From Vulcanimicrobiota bacterium (GTDB taxonomy: Bacteria > Vulcanimicrobiota > Vulcanimicrobiia > Eremiobacterales > Eremiobacteraceae): DNA of 38,315 nucleotides. This document shows, in pieces, positions 24,131 to 31,993 of the stretch (position 1 is the stretch's first letter; every line of letters begins with the position of its first letter). The stretch spans positions 1-38,315 of the forward strand of contig JACRUD010000052.1 in assembly GCA_014304875.1 (NCBI GenBank), written 5' to 3'. Under the pieces are notes generated by a model. It searched no databases and was not told where the DNA came from. It was given only the letters and a program-made list of their open reading frames with translations. The translations under genes and the position numbers were made by a program.

Positions 24131-25719
24131 CGGTCCCCACGCCCGCGGCGCTTCGCACCGACGTCTTGATCGTCGGCTCGGGGGCCGCCGGTTTGCTGCT
24201 CGCTTTACGCTGCGCCTCTCATGGGCGTTCGGTGGTGCTCGCGACCAAAGGCACCGTCGGGGAATCGAATACGGCTTGGGCGCAGGGCGGCGTCGCGGCC
24301 GCGCTGGACCTGGAAGAGGACTCCGCCTTTGCCCATTTCACCGACACGCTCGCGGCGGGAGCCGGCCTTTGCGACGAGCGGGCTGCTGCCGTGGTCGCGG
24401 CCGAGGCCCCGGAGCGGGTTGAGGAACTGCGCCGGATGGGCGTGCCCTTCGATCTGACGGTTGGCGGCGGCCTTGAGCTCACCCGCGAGGCGGCGCACAG
24501 CCGAGCGCGCGTGGCGCATTCCGCCGATGCGACCGGGCATGCGATTGCGACCACCCTCATAGCCCGCACGTTGCGCCACCCCCACGTCACGCTGCTCGAG
24601 CGCGCAACCGCGATGCAGCTCCGCGTGGACGGCGGCGTGTGTCGTGGAGCGCTGCTGTTATCCGACGGCGCGCCGTTGATCGTTTCGGCGCGCTCTGCGA
24701 CGGTTTTGGCGACCGGCGGCTGCGGCCGCATCTTTGCTCGAACCACGAATCCGCCGGCCGCCACCGGCGACGGGCTCTCGCTCGCACTGCGGGTCGGCGC
24801 ACGGCTGGCGGATCTGGAGTTCGTTCAGTTTCATCCCACCGCTCTAGCGCTTGAAGGCGCCCCAGCCATGCTGGTCTCCGAGGCGGCGCGCGGCGAAGGG
24901 GCGATTCTCACCGATCTTTGCGGACGGCGATTTTGCTTCGACGAAGATCCGCGGGGCGAACTTGCGCCGCGCGACGTCGTCGCCCGGGCGATCTGGCACG
25001 AGCTGCAAAAGCGGTCCAGCCATCACGTCCTGCTCGACATGCGCCCGATCGGTTCGCCCGACATGGTGCGCATGCGTTTTCCGAACATCGCCGAGGCATG
25101 CGCACGGTACGGCATCGATATCGGCGACGCTCCGATCCCCGTCTCTCCTGCGGCGCATTACCACATGGGCGGCATCGTTTCTGACCTGTGGGGCCGCACG
25201 TCGGTGCCGTCGCTGTACGCGCTGGGCGAATGCGCTTGCACCGGTCTGCACGGCGCGAATCGGCTGGCCAGCAACTCGCTGGCTGAATGCCTGGTCTTCG
25301 CCTCGCGCGCCGCCGAAGACATCGGCGCCATGCAGTCACCGCCGGAGAAATCGACTTCGCTCGCAGGGTATCACCCAAGCGATGCGATCTTCGCTCCGGA
25401 ACATCGCCATGCGATCGCCGATACGATGTGGCAGGCGGCCGGAGTGGAGCGCGACGGCCCGAGCCTTACAACGGCCGCGAGCTCTTTGTCGAACTGGCCA
25501 ACGCCGGGGGCGCCCCTTGCGTCCGAGTCACTTGAAGGGCACGCGCTGCTGACCGCAGCCCGCTTGATCGCCGAATCGGCTCTGCTGCGCGAAGAAAGCC
25601 GCGGCAGCCACTTCCGGCGCGACTTTCCGAAGCGAGACGATTCCCGATGGCAGCAACGCATCGTCTGGGACTCCAAAGGACACTCTCTGCAGCCCATCGC
25701 CGGTTTGCGCGAGCGCTGA
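24127..25719 (+). CDS. nadB: L-aspartate oxidase NadB
   Basis: DVLIVGSGAAGLLLAL FAD fold, NTAWAQGGVAA, HSADATGH, ATGG..R....TNP..ATGDG, HYHMGG, GANRLASNSL, ESRGSHFR. No ATG or GTG lies upstream of the FAD motif. The in-frame candidates are CTG 24127 (overlapping the nadA TGA as CTGA) or TTG 24166, which would truncate beta-1. Confidence 0.9.
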   Translation: MTVPTPAALRTDVLIVGSGAAGLLLALRCASHGRSVVLATKGTVGESNTAWAQGGVAAALDLEEDSAFAHFTDTLAAGAGLCDERAAAVVAAEAPERVEELRRMGVPFDLTVGGGLELTREAAHSRARVAHSADATGHAIATTLIARTLRHPHVTLLERATAMQLRVDGGVCRGALLLSDGAPLIVSARSATVLATGGCGRIFARTTNPPAATGDGLSLALRVGARLADLEFVQFHPTALALEGAPAMLVSEAARGEGAILTDLCGRRFCFDEDPRGELAPRDVVARAIWHELQKRSSHHVLLDMRPIGSPDMVRMRFPNIAEACARYGIDIGDAPIPVSPAAHYHMGGIVSDLWGRTSVPSLYALGECACTGLHGANRLASNSLAECLVFASRAAEDIGAMQSPPEKSTSLAGYHPSDAIFAPEHRHAIADTMWQAAGVERDGPSLTTAASSLSNWPTPGAPLASESLEGHALLTAARLIAESALLREESRGSHFRRDFPKRDDSRWQQRIVWDSKGHSLQPIAGLRER

Positions 25720-26597
25720 TGCGTCACCCTTATCAGAATCACGGCGCCTTCTCGCCTATGACGCAGGACCAGGCGGCTGCCTTCGATCCAGCCATTGCTG
25801 CGGCGCTGCGGGAAGACGTGGGAAAAGGAGACATCACGACGGCAGCGGTCGTTGATGAAGATGCGCGCGCCGGCGCGGACATCGTGTTCCGGTCGCGCGG
25901 CATCGTTGCGGGCTTGGCTATTGCCGAGCGCGCATTTGCTCTAGCCGACGCCCGACTCAAACTCCGTCTGGCCGCCCATGACGGTGCGATGGTCGCGGCA
26001 GGCACCGCCGTCGCCTCTATCGATGGCCCGGTTCGCGGCATGCTCGGCGCTGAGCGGGTGGCGCTGAACTACCTGGGCCGTCTGAGCGGCATCGCCACCC
26101 TCACCTTCTCTTACGTCAGCGCGCTTGGCGGCCTGCCCGCGCGCATCGTCGATACGCGCAAGACGACCCCCGGCTTGCGGGCGCTCGAGCGCTACGCGGT
26201 CAGGGCCGGAGGAGGCTACAACCACCGCTTCGACCTTCACGAGGCGATTCTCATCAAAGACAACCACATAGCGGCGCTGGGTTCGCTCGGCGAAGCCGTG
26301 CGCAGGGCGCGCGAACGAAACGGAAGCGGTGTTGTCGTCGAGGTGGAGTGCGATACGCTCGCGCAAGTGACCGAAGCGCTTGGCGCCGGCGTCGATGCGG
26401 TGTTGCTCGACAACATGGCACCCGAAGACATGCGGGAGGCGGTTCGGCAAGCGCGCGAGCGAGCGATGGTGGAAGCGTCGGGCGGCGTCGGTCTCGAAGG
26501 AGTGCACGAAACCGCCCTGACCGGCGTCGACGTCATATCCGTCGGCGCGCTGACCCATGGTGCCAGGTCGCTGGATGTGGCACTGGATTTTCACTGA
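25719..26597 (+). CDS. nadC: Nicotinate-nucleotide pyrophosphorylase (carboxylating) NadC
   Basis: REDVGKGDITT, ERVALNYLGRLSGIAT, DTRKTTPGLR.LERYAVRAGGG.NHR..L.EAILIKDNHI, VEVE, LLDNM, EASGG. ATG 25719 shares its A with the nadB TGA (25717-25719). ATG 25758 is an alternative. Confidence 0.9.
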   Translation: MRHPYQNHGAFSPMTQDQAAAFDPAIAAALREDVGKGDITTAAVVDEDARAGADIVFRSRGIVAGLAIAERAFALADARLKLRLAAHDGAMVAAGTAVASIDGPVRGMLGAERVALNYLGRLSGIATLTFSYVSALGGLPARIVDTRKTTPGLRALERYAVRAGGGYNHRFDLHEAILIKDNHIAALGSLGEAVRRARERNGSGVVVEVECDTLAQVTEALGAGVDAVLLDNMAPEDMREAVRQARERAMVEASGGVGLEGVHETALTGVDVISVGALTHGARSLDVALDFH

Positions 26598-27081
26598 CCT
26601 CCGTGCAGAGCCGCCCGGGGCAGCGGCGCGAATCCATCAACCGCCCGTCGCCGACTTGGCGGAGCTTCATTCGCCCGCGTCGAACCGCGCAACCGTGCCG
26701 CCCGAGCGAAGCGATCCGCAACAAGACTGGGTGAACGCGCACTTAGGGCGAACGTCCAAGGAAGTCGCCAAGCGCCTGTTGTCGAGCCGGCAGCCGCCGC
26801 CTCGGTCCGACAGCCCGGTTCTCACGTTGCGAGGCGTGCAAGGGCGCTGCGTCGCGGGAGGGGCGTCTAACTTCTGGATCATCGGTTCCCCGGCGGCCGA
26901 ACCGGTGTTCACAGGCGACTACCCGTTGACCGATATCTCGCCCACGGCGTACTTCATCCTGGCGCCCGAGTTCAATAACCTTCCCTATTGCATCGATCGC
27001 AATCGTTTGACGGCGACCAATCATAGCATCCGCGGCGATCTGCAGCGTCTGGAAACGGCGATGCGGGAGGTCTACGGGTAA
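26557..27081 (+). CDS. Hypothetical protein (true start probably internal)
   Basis: This is the longest ORF in the nadC-hflX gap. The 3' half has GC-rich third positions and a non-repetitive sequence (NFWIIGSPAAEPVFTGDYPLTDISPTAYFILAPEFNNLPYCIDRNRLTATNHSIRGDLQRLETAMREVYG). The first 41 nt overlap nadC. Candidate starts are TTG 26656 and GTG 26731, neither with a clear SD. Confidence 0.35.
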   Translation: MVPGRWMWHWIFTDLRAEPPGAAARIHQPPVADLAELHSPASNRATVPPERSDPQQDWVNAHLGRTSKEVAKRLLSSRQPPPRSDSPVLTLRGVQGRCVAGGASNFWIIGSPAAEPVFTGDYPLTDISPTAYFILAPEFNNLPYCIDRNRLTATNHSIRGDLQRLETAMREVYG

Positions 27082-27156
27082 TCCAAGAAATCCCGCGACG
27101 GACGGCGGGCCGGCGGGCCCGCGTCAACCTTCCCGTTGCGACAAGAGGAGGCGCTC

Positions 27157-27552
27157 GTGAGCAAACCCATCGAGCCCGAACACGTCCTGCTGGAATTTTT
27201 CACGATCTGCAGCTTCCATCCCGATGACGAGACGACGGCTCAGCCGGTTCCGCTTTTCGTCCTGGGATTTCGCGAAGGCAGCGAGCCTGTCTACGTCTGG
27301 CTGGTCGATAAGAATCGCTTCGATGCAAAGCGCCTGACCAAGGACCGGTACTGGCTGCACGCCCTCAGCAATCTGGAAGAATATTTCAACAAGAAGCTCG
27401 GCAAATGCGTCGCTGAAGAGGGCTCGGTCCGCGGCGGCATCGAGTTGCTCGTTTCGACCTACCAAACCCAACTGCGCTTCACTCCGCTCACTCCTGTGGC
27501 CGACCATGCATTCGGTCTGCGACGCGGCTCACCGACCCTGACCGCCGTCTGA
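27157..27552 (+). CDS. Hypothetical protein (131 aa), no recognisable family
   Basis: GTG 27157 is preceded by AGGAGG (27146-27151) with a 5-nt spacer. The sequence is protein-like and Lys/Glu/Phe/Tyr-containing (LLEFFTICSFHPDDETTAQPVPLFVLGFREGSEPVYVWLVDKNRFDAKRLTKDRYWLHALSNLEEYFNKKLGK). The antisense ORF 27124..27507 looks less protein-like. The TGA stop (27550-27552) overlaps an in-frame CTG of hflX. Confidence 0.6.
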   Translation: MSKPIEPEHVLLEFFTICSFHPDDETTAQPVPLFVLGFREGSEPVYVWLVDKNRFDAKRLTKDRYWLHALSNLEEYFNKKLGKCVAEEGSVRGGIELLVSTYQTQLRFTPLTPVADHAFGLRRGSPTLTAV

Positions 27553-28673
27553 CCACAGTAGCCACCGCGTCGCCGCGTCAGCGCATCATCGTCGCAGGCG
27601 TGGACACGGGCGACGATCGCGTCCGCTTCGACGTCGAGATGGCGGAGCTGGAGGCCCTGGCGCGCGCGGCCGGTGCCGACATAGTCGGGCGCATGGTGCA
27701 GCGGCGACCCTCGGTCGACCCTTCAACGTTGCTTGGGTCGGGCAAGGTCAGCGAGATCGCCGATGCCATCAAAGAATCCGGCGCCGATGCCGTGGTCACG
27801 CTGAACCCTCTTCGGCCCCGGCAGAGAAATGCGCTCGAAAAACAGCTAGGCCAGGATATCGCGGTGATGGACCGCTCGGTCGTCATATTGGATCTTTTCG
27901 CGGCACACGCGCGAACCAGCGAAGGGAAGCTGCAAGTCGAGGTGGCGCAGTTGCGCCACCGTGCGGCGAACCTCATCGGCGCAAGCGACGCGCTGTCGCG
28001 ATTGGGAGGCGGCATCGGCACCCGCGGACCCGGCGAGACAAAACTCGAAGCGGATCGGCGCCGCATCAGGTTGCGGATCACCCGGCTTGAAAAGGAACTG
28101 AGCGTCGTCGCCAAACGGCGTCACGAGCAGCGTCGCAGCCGGGCTTCCACGCCTGTTATCGCGCTCGTCGGGTACACGAACGCGGGCAAGTCTTCACTGC
28201 TCAACGCTCTTTCGGGCGCCAAAGTCTTCGTCGCGGATCAGCCCTTCGCCACGCTGGATCCGACCCTGCGGAAAGTTCGTTTGAACGACAGGATCTATGC
28301 GGTGCTCGCCGATACGGTCGGGTTCGTCAGCGATTTGCCGAAGGAACTGGTCGCGGCTTTCAGGGCGACGCTTGAAGAGGTCGTCGATGCCTCGCTGCTG
28401 CTGCATGTCATCGACGCGAGCAACCCGTTCTGGGAACGCCAACGTCATGCGGTTGAAGCGGTCTTGCGGCAGCTCGGCGCGGGTGACAAACCGCTCATCA
28501 TCGCATGGAACAAGATCGACGCGGCCGAAGATTTCAGCGCCGGCGTCGACGGCGTCGCTTTGTCCGCCAAGACCGGCGCCGGGTTGGTGAAGCTGAGAGC
28601 CGTCCTGGCGGCCGCATTGAGCGAGATGGGACCCGCGGCAAAAGGCCGGCGCACTTCTCCCGGCGCTTCGTAG
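27549..28673 (+). CDS. hflX: GTPase HflX
   Basis: HflX N-terminal domain (QRIIVAGVDTGDD...EMAELEALARAAGADIVG...KP.PSTLLGSGKV.EI), coiled linker, and G domain (LVGYTNAGKSSLLNAL, ATLDPT, DTVGF, NKID). The first canonical start (GTG 27600) lies inside the conserved QRIIVAGV-D block, so CTG 27549 is proposed. The start is uncertain. Confidence 0.9.
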   Translation: MTTVATASPRQRIIVAGVDTGDDRVRFDVEMAELEALARAAGADIVGRMVQRRPSVDPSTLLGSGKVSEIADAIKESGADAVVTLNPLRPRQRNALEKQLGQDIAVMDRSVVILDLFAAHARTSEGKLQVEVAQLRHRAANLIGASDALSRLGGGIGTRGPGETKLEADRRRIRLRITRLEKELSVVAKRRHEQRRSRASTPVIALVGYTNAGKSSLLNALSGAKVFVADQPFATLDPTLRKVRLNDRIYAVLADTVGFVSDLPKELVAAFRATLEEVVDASLLLHVIDASNPFWERQRHAVEAVLRQLGAGDKPLIIAWNKIDAAEDFSAGVDGVALSAKTGAGLVKLRAVLAAALSEMGPAAKGRRTSPGAS

Positions 28674-28722
28674 CCTGACCGAGACGGCGCCAAGCAGCCG
28701 TCGCGGAGGAGCGGGACTCCCC

Positions 28723-29265
28723 TTACGGCAGCTTTACGCCTTCGCGCGCGAGCAAAGCGCGCTTGCGAGCATTGCCCTTTCGGCCGTAAGGTCCGAGCGT
28801 TCCGTCCGCATAGATCACTCGGTGGCATGGCACCAAGAGCCAGAGCGGGTTATTGGCGATAGCGCTGGCCGCGGCGCGAACCGCCAGCGGCCGGCGTGCC
28901 TGGCGCGCAAGCCAGCTGTAGGAGCGCGTCTGGCCGGCCGGTATTTCGCGCGCCGCGATGAGCACGTCGCGCTCGAAATCACGAGCCCAGGTTAGATCGA
29001 TCGGAACGTCGACGTCAACGCTCGCCGTCGCAGCCCGCTTGAGAGCGCGTGCGATCACTTTGGGCACGGGGCGCCCGACGAGCTCCATGCGCAGTCGCCG
29101 CCGGACTTGGGCCGCTGCGCCCGGCGACTCTCCGGTGACGAACGCGAGTCCGGCGTGCGTCCAGGCCACACGCAAAGAGCAACCAGCCACCCGGCAAACG
29201 CCGCTCGAGCATGCTGCTGCGTAGGATTTCGCCGCCGTGTCGGCGTGCTTGGACGTCCGACGCAT
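28723..29265 (-). CDS. ogt: Methylated-DNA--protein-cysteine methyltransferase (Ogt/MGMT)
   Basis: 180 aa. The active site is NPLWLLVPCHRVIYADGTLGPYG (PCHRV motif), preceded by IPAGQTRSYSWLA. An N-terminal domain of the usual size is present. Confidence 0.88.
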   Translation of the reverse strand: MRRTSKHADTAAKSYAAACSSGVCRVAGCSLRVAWTHAGLAFVTGESPGAAAQVRRRLRMELVGRPVPKVIARALKRAATASVDVDVPIDLTWARDFERDVLIAAREIPAGQTRSYSWLARQARRPLAVRAAASAIANNPLWLLVPCHRVIYADGTLGPYGRKGNARKRALLAREGVKLP

Positions 29266-29305
29266 CCGCGGCGCCGGTAAGTCTTGTGACGCGGAGCGCC
29301 GCGTT

Positions 29306-30472
29306 CTAGAGCCCGTAACTTCGGAGAATGCGCATCAGCCGATCGTGCGGCAATGCGTAGACCGTGTTGCCGTCGCGTCCGACCATGGTGCGACCGGCCA
29401 GCAGCGCGTTGACGATGGCTTCCTCGGTCGACTCCTCCGTCGCATCGAAAAGGGAGTTGATGTGGTACTGGTCGAGGACGGTCACCGTAAAAGTACGCGC
29501 CCGGGGGTAGTGAGGCACGATGTTGGCCGTGGAAAACGCGATGATCAGATCACCGCTGCCCGTCCGGGAGGTTGCGCCGGTGCGCGCGAGTCCCAAAGCT
29601 GCCCGCTTTGCTAGACGGAGCAGTTGATCGTGGAGCAACGGCGCGTCCGTCGCGATCACGATGATGATGGAACCGTCGCCGGCGTGCGGCTCCTTGGGCA
29701 GAAAATCGCCGATCCGGCTGCCGACCGGAACACCCGCGACGGTCAGTTCATTTCGCCGGCCGGTATTGGTATTGACCAGCACCCCGACCGTGTAGCCTCC
29801 CGCTGCCGCTGGCAATACGCGCGATGCCGTACCGATGCCGCCCTTGAACTCGAAGGACACCATCCCGGTCCCCGCCCCGACGCCGCCTTGGGACACCGGG
29901 CCGCCTACTGCTCCACTCAGAGCCGCGACGGCATCGGCGGCCGTATTATGCCGTCCCGGCTGATCGTTCAAAAATGCGTCATCGCACTCGGCGACGACCG
30001 GCAGCGGAACGTCATCAGTCGTCCCGATGCCGGGATAACGCCCGAGCATCCACGATACCACACCGTCGTCGACTCGGCCGACCGATAGCGTGTCGGTTAG
30101 CAGAATCGGCACCTCCATCCAGCCGGCTTCGTTGATCCAGGTCGTCCCGGTCATCTCACCGTTCCCGTTGAGCGCCCAGGCCGCCGCGAATACCTTTTTG
30201 TGCCAAACATCGTCCCGTGGAATAATCGCCGTCACTCCCGTACGAGCCGGACCGCGGCCGGGGATGAGACGACCTGCGCCCTCGATATGCGTGATTTGCC
30301 CGACCCGGACCCCGGCTACGTCGGTGATCGCGTCGTTGCGGCCGTGCCCCAACGTCCCGATATGAATGCCGAGCGCTGGAGCTTTTGCGTAAGGCCCTTC
30401 CGCTGCGATGAATCGTGATGCCGACGCCGCCACGGCGACGGCAATCGTAACGGCGAGCATAAGCGCTTGCAT
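29306..30472 (-). CDS. Peptidase family S58 (DmpA/BapA-like aminopeptidase, P1 family), secreted
   Basis: 388 aa. Signal peptide MQALMLAVTIAVAVAASA, NAITDVAGVRVGQITH near the N-terminus, and the self-processing/nucleophile region GDGSIIIVIATDAPL typical of DmpA-type Ntn hydrolases. Confidence 0.85.
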   Translation of the reverse strand: MQALMLAVTIAVAVAASASRFIAAEGPYAKAPALGIHIGTLGHGRNDAITDVAGVRVGQITHIEGAGRLIPGRGPARTGVTAIIPRDDVWHKKVFAAAWALNGNGEMTGTTWINEAGWMEVPILLTDTLSVGRVDDGVVSWMLGRYPGIGTTDDVPLPVVAECDDAFLNDQPGRHNTAADAVAALSGAVGGPVSQGGVGAGTGMVSFEFKGGIGTASRVLPAAAGGYTVGVLVNTNTGRRNELTVAGVPVGSRIGDFLPKEPHAGDGSIIIVIATDAPLLHDQLLRLAKRAALGLARTGATSRTGSGDLIIAFSTANIVPHYPRARTFTVTVLDQYHINSLFDATEESTEEAIVNALLAGRTMVGRDGNTVYALPHDRLMRILRSYGL

Positions 30473-30548
30473 GCGACGCGCGATTCGAGAACTGGTGCAA
30501 AGCCGCCTACGTGGATCCGATGCGCCGTCGTCGACTAATGACGACTAG

Positions 30549-30633
30549 GCCGCCACTAAAGCGGCGGCGCTAAATCACGCCGTTCGAACGCCATGCAAAG
30601 CCTAATGTAGCCACGGACCTTTAAGGTCCGTCC
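30549..30633. repeat. REP-like intergenic element (two hairpins plus a 10-nt palindrome)
   Basis: GCCGCC-ACTAAA-GCGGCGGC (30549-30568), palindrome CGTTCGAACG (30581-30590), then TAATGTAGCC and the hairpin ACGGACC-TTTAA-GGTCCGT (30613-30631). It lies between two minus-strand genes. Confidence 0.75.
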
Positions 30634-30648
30634 GGCCGTACCGCGAGG

Positions 30649-31452
30649 CTATATCGATCCGTCGCTCAACGCCGCCGATGCCGCCTTCGAAGAATCGAAG
30701 CGTCTGAAGTGGTCGAAGTTCGCCGTAAACGTCGCCCTGCCTGACACCAAAAAGGCTCGGCCGCGAAACCGCTGGTCGATATGCGTGACGTACCACATGC
30801 CCGGCAACGCTTGGCCCCCCGTTTCCGTGATCGTCGCGGAGGTGGCGTGTTGCGGCAAGACTTTCGGCGTGTAGGTCAGGCTCGCCACATGACCGCTGCT
30901 CCGATCGATCATCATCGTGCCGTCACCGTGCTGGTCGTCATTCAGCCTGCTTGTGAAACGGATAGAGACGGCATCCGCAGGGCAGCCGTCGCAGTTGCCG
31001 GATTCGGCGTAGCTGTAGTCGGCAAGATAGCGCGCATCGTACGGCTCTTTGAAAAAGACCCGCCCTTGCTTCCACTTCCCATTGGCGTCCGCATCGCGGC
31101 CGGCAAGTTGGGACGAGCCGTAAACCTTGGCGTCTTCAACGATACGCGTATATTTGATCTTCGTGAACGCGCCGTCAGTCATCAAGAAGTCGCTGTCGCT
31201 TACTTCGCTATGATTGATAGGGCCGCCATGGATCTCCGTCTGGAAATGCCGCTGGAACCCGACGATGCCGGCCGTCTCTTTGGAAAAGGTCCGCGCTGCC
31301 TTTTCGACCACAGCAGGGATATCTGAAGTCGAGGCGCGGGCGCACGGCGCACCGGCGACGAGACCGCCTGCGGCGAACAAGACCGCAAGCGTAGAGCTTT
31401 CGAGCCGGCGCCGCGCTGCCAGCCCCCGATCGCCTGGAGTTATCTCGAGCAT
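30649..31452 (-). CDS. Secreted hypothetical protein
   Basis: The ORF track start (31656) overlaps the upstream gene. ATG 31452 has GGAGGA 6-7 nt upstream and gives MLEITPGDRGLAARRRLESSTLAVLFAAGGLVAGAPCARA, a signal-like segment. The rest is a beta-rich-looking sequence with a CDGC motif. No family was recognised. Confidence 0.65.
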   Translation of the reverse strand: MLEITPGDRGLAARRRLESSTLAVLFAAGGLVAGAPCARASTSDIPAVVEKAARTFSKETAGIVGFQRHFQTEIHGGPINHSEVSDSDFLMTDGAFTKIKYTRIVEDAKVYGSSQLAGRDADANGKWKQGRVFFKEPYDARYLADYSYAESGNCDGCPADAVSIRFTSRLNDDQHGDGTMMIDRSSGHVASLTYTPKVLPQHATSATITETGGQALPGMWYVTHIDQRFRGRAFLVSGRATFTANFDHFRRFDSSKAASAALSDGSI

Positions 31453-31546
31453 GGGCTTTCCTCCGGACAGCCGCATCGACGCCGCCATCATAGTAACGGA
31501 ACGACGATGGGCCGGATTTCGTGCGCTTCGCTCGGAGCTGAGACGC

Positions 31547-31918
31547 TTAGGGCCGCCCCATCCCAGGATCTTTGGCCAGCTCCGCGATCTCGTCCCTGAC
31601 CGCGGCTGCGATCTCTTCGGAACGTCCTTCCAAGCCGACCGCTTTATTGGTCGCATTCGGATTGGCGGCGATGAGCAGATCGAGTTTCAGGAGCAGCGCC
31701 TCGGTGTCGCGCTTCTGCGCGTTTGCGATGATGAACACCATGAGAAACGTCACGATCGACGACGTCGTATTCATGACGAGCTGCCACGTGTCGGAATAGT
31801 GAGCTCGCGGTCCCGTAAGCGCCCAGCCTATGACCAGGGCAAACACTGCGACCGTCATCAGCGGGTGGGCACACGAGTTGTTGACCACACGTGACGCTTT
31901 GTTGAACGCATTTTTCAT
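31547..31918 (-). CDS. Low-affinity iron permease (Fet4-like, PF04120-type) family small membrane protein
   Basis: 123 aa. HPLMTVAVFALVIGWALTGP..HYSDTWQLVMNTTSSIVTFLMVFIIANAQKRDTEALLLKLDLLI matches the conserved FSDTWQL.INT.TTI.TFLMVFLIQN.QNRD...L..KLDELI core as I recall it. Confidence 0.8.
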   Translation of the reverse strand: MKNAFNKASRVVNNSCAHPLMTVAVFALVIGWALTGPRAHYSDTWQLVMNTTSSIVTFLMVFIIANAQKRDTEALLLKLDLLIAANPNATNKAVGLEGRSEEIAAAVRDEIAELAKDPGMGRP

Positions 31919-31993
31919 GTCGCAGGCTCCGCCCCGAAGCTGTGTGACCGCGGCGATCGCGGCAGCGCTTCAGGCCCCTCTATCGTTGGAACG

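Noticed and set aside
27124-27507. 127-aa minus-strand ORF opposite the 131-aa orphan
   Set aside because: The plus-strand ORF has a canonical AGGAGG-N5-GTG start and a more protein-like composition. The minus ORF has no visible ribosome-binding site. It was kept only as an alternative to test with expression data.
28683-28702. Hairpin GACGGC-N8-GCCGTC between convergent hflX and ogt as a bidirectional terminator
   Set aside because: It has a 6-bp stem with an 8-nt loop and no flanking T/A tracts. Such pairings are expected by chance in GC-rich DNA, so it is not reported as a feature.
30575-30600. tRNA-like GTTCGAA box inside the third REP copy
   Set aside because: The TTCGAA is the centre of a simple 10-nt palindrome. 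No acceptor stem, D-arm or anticodon arm can be drawn around it.
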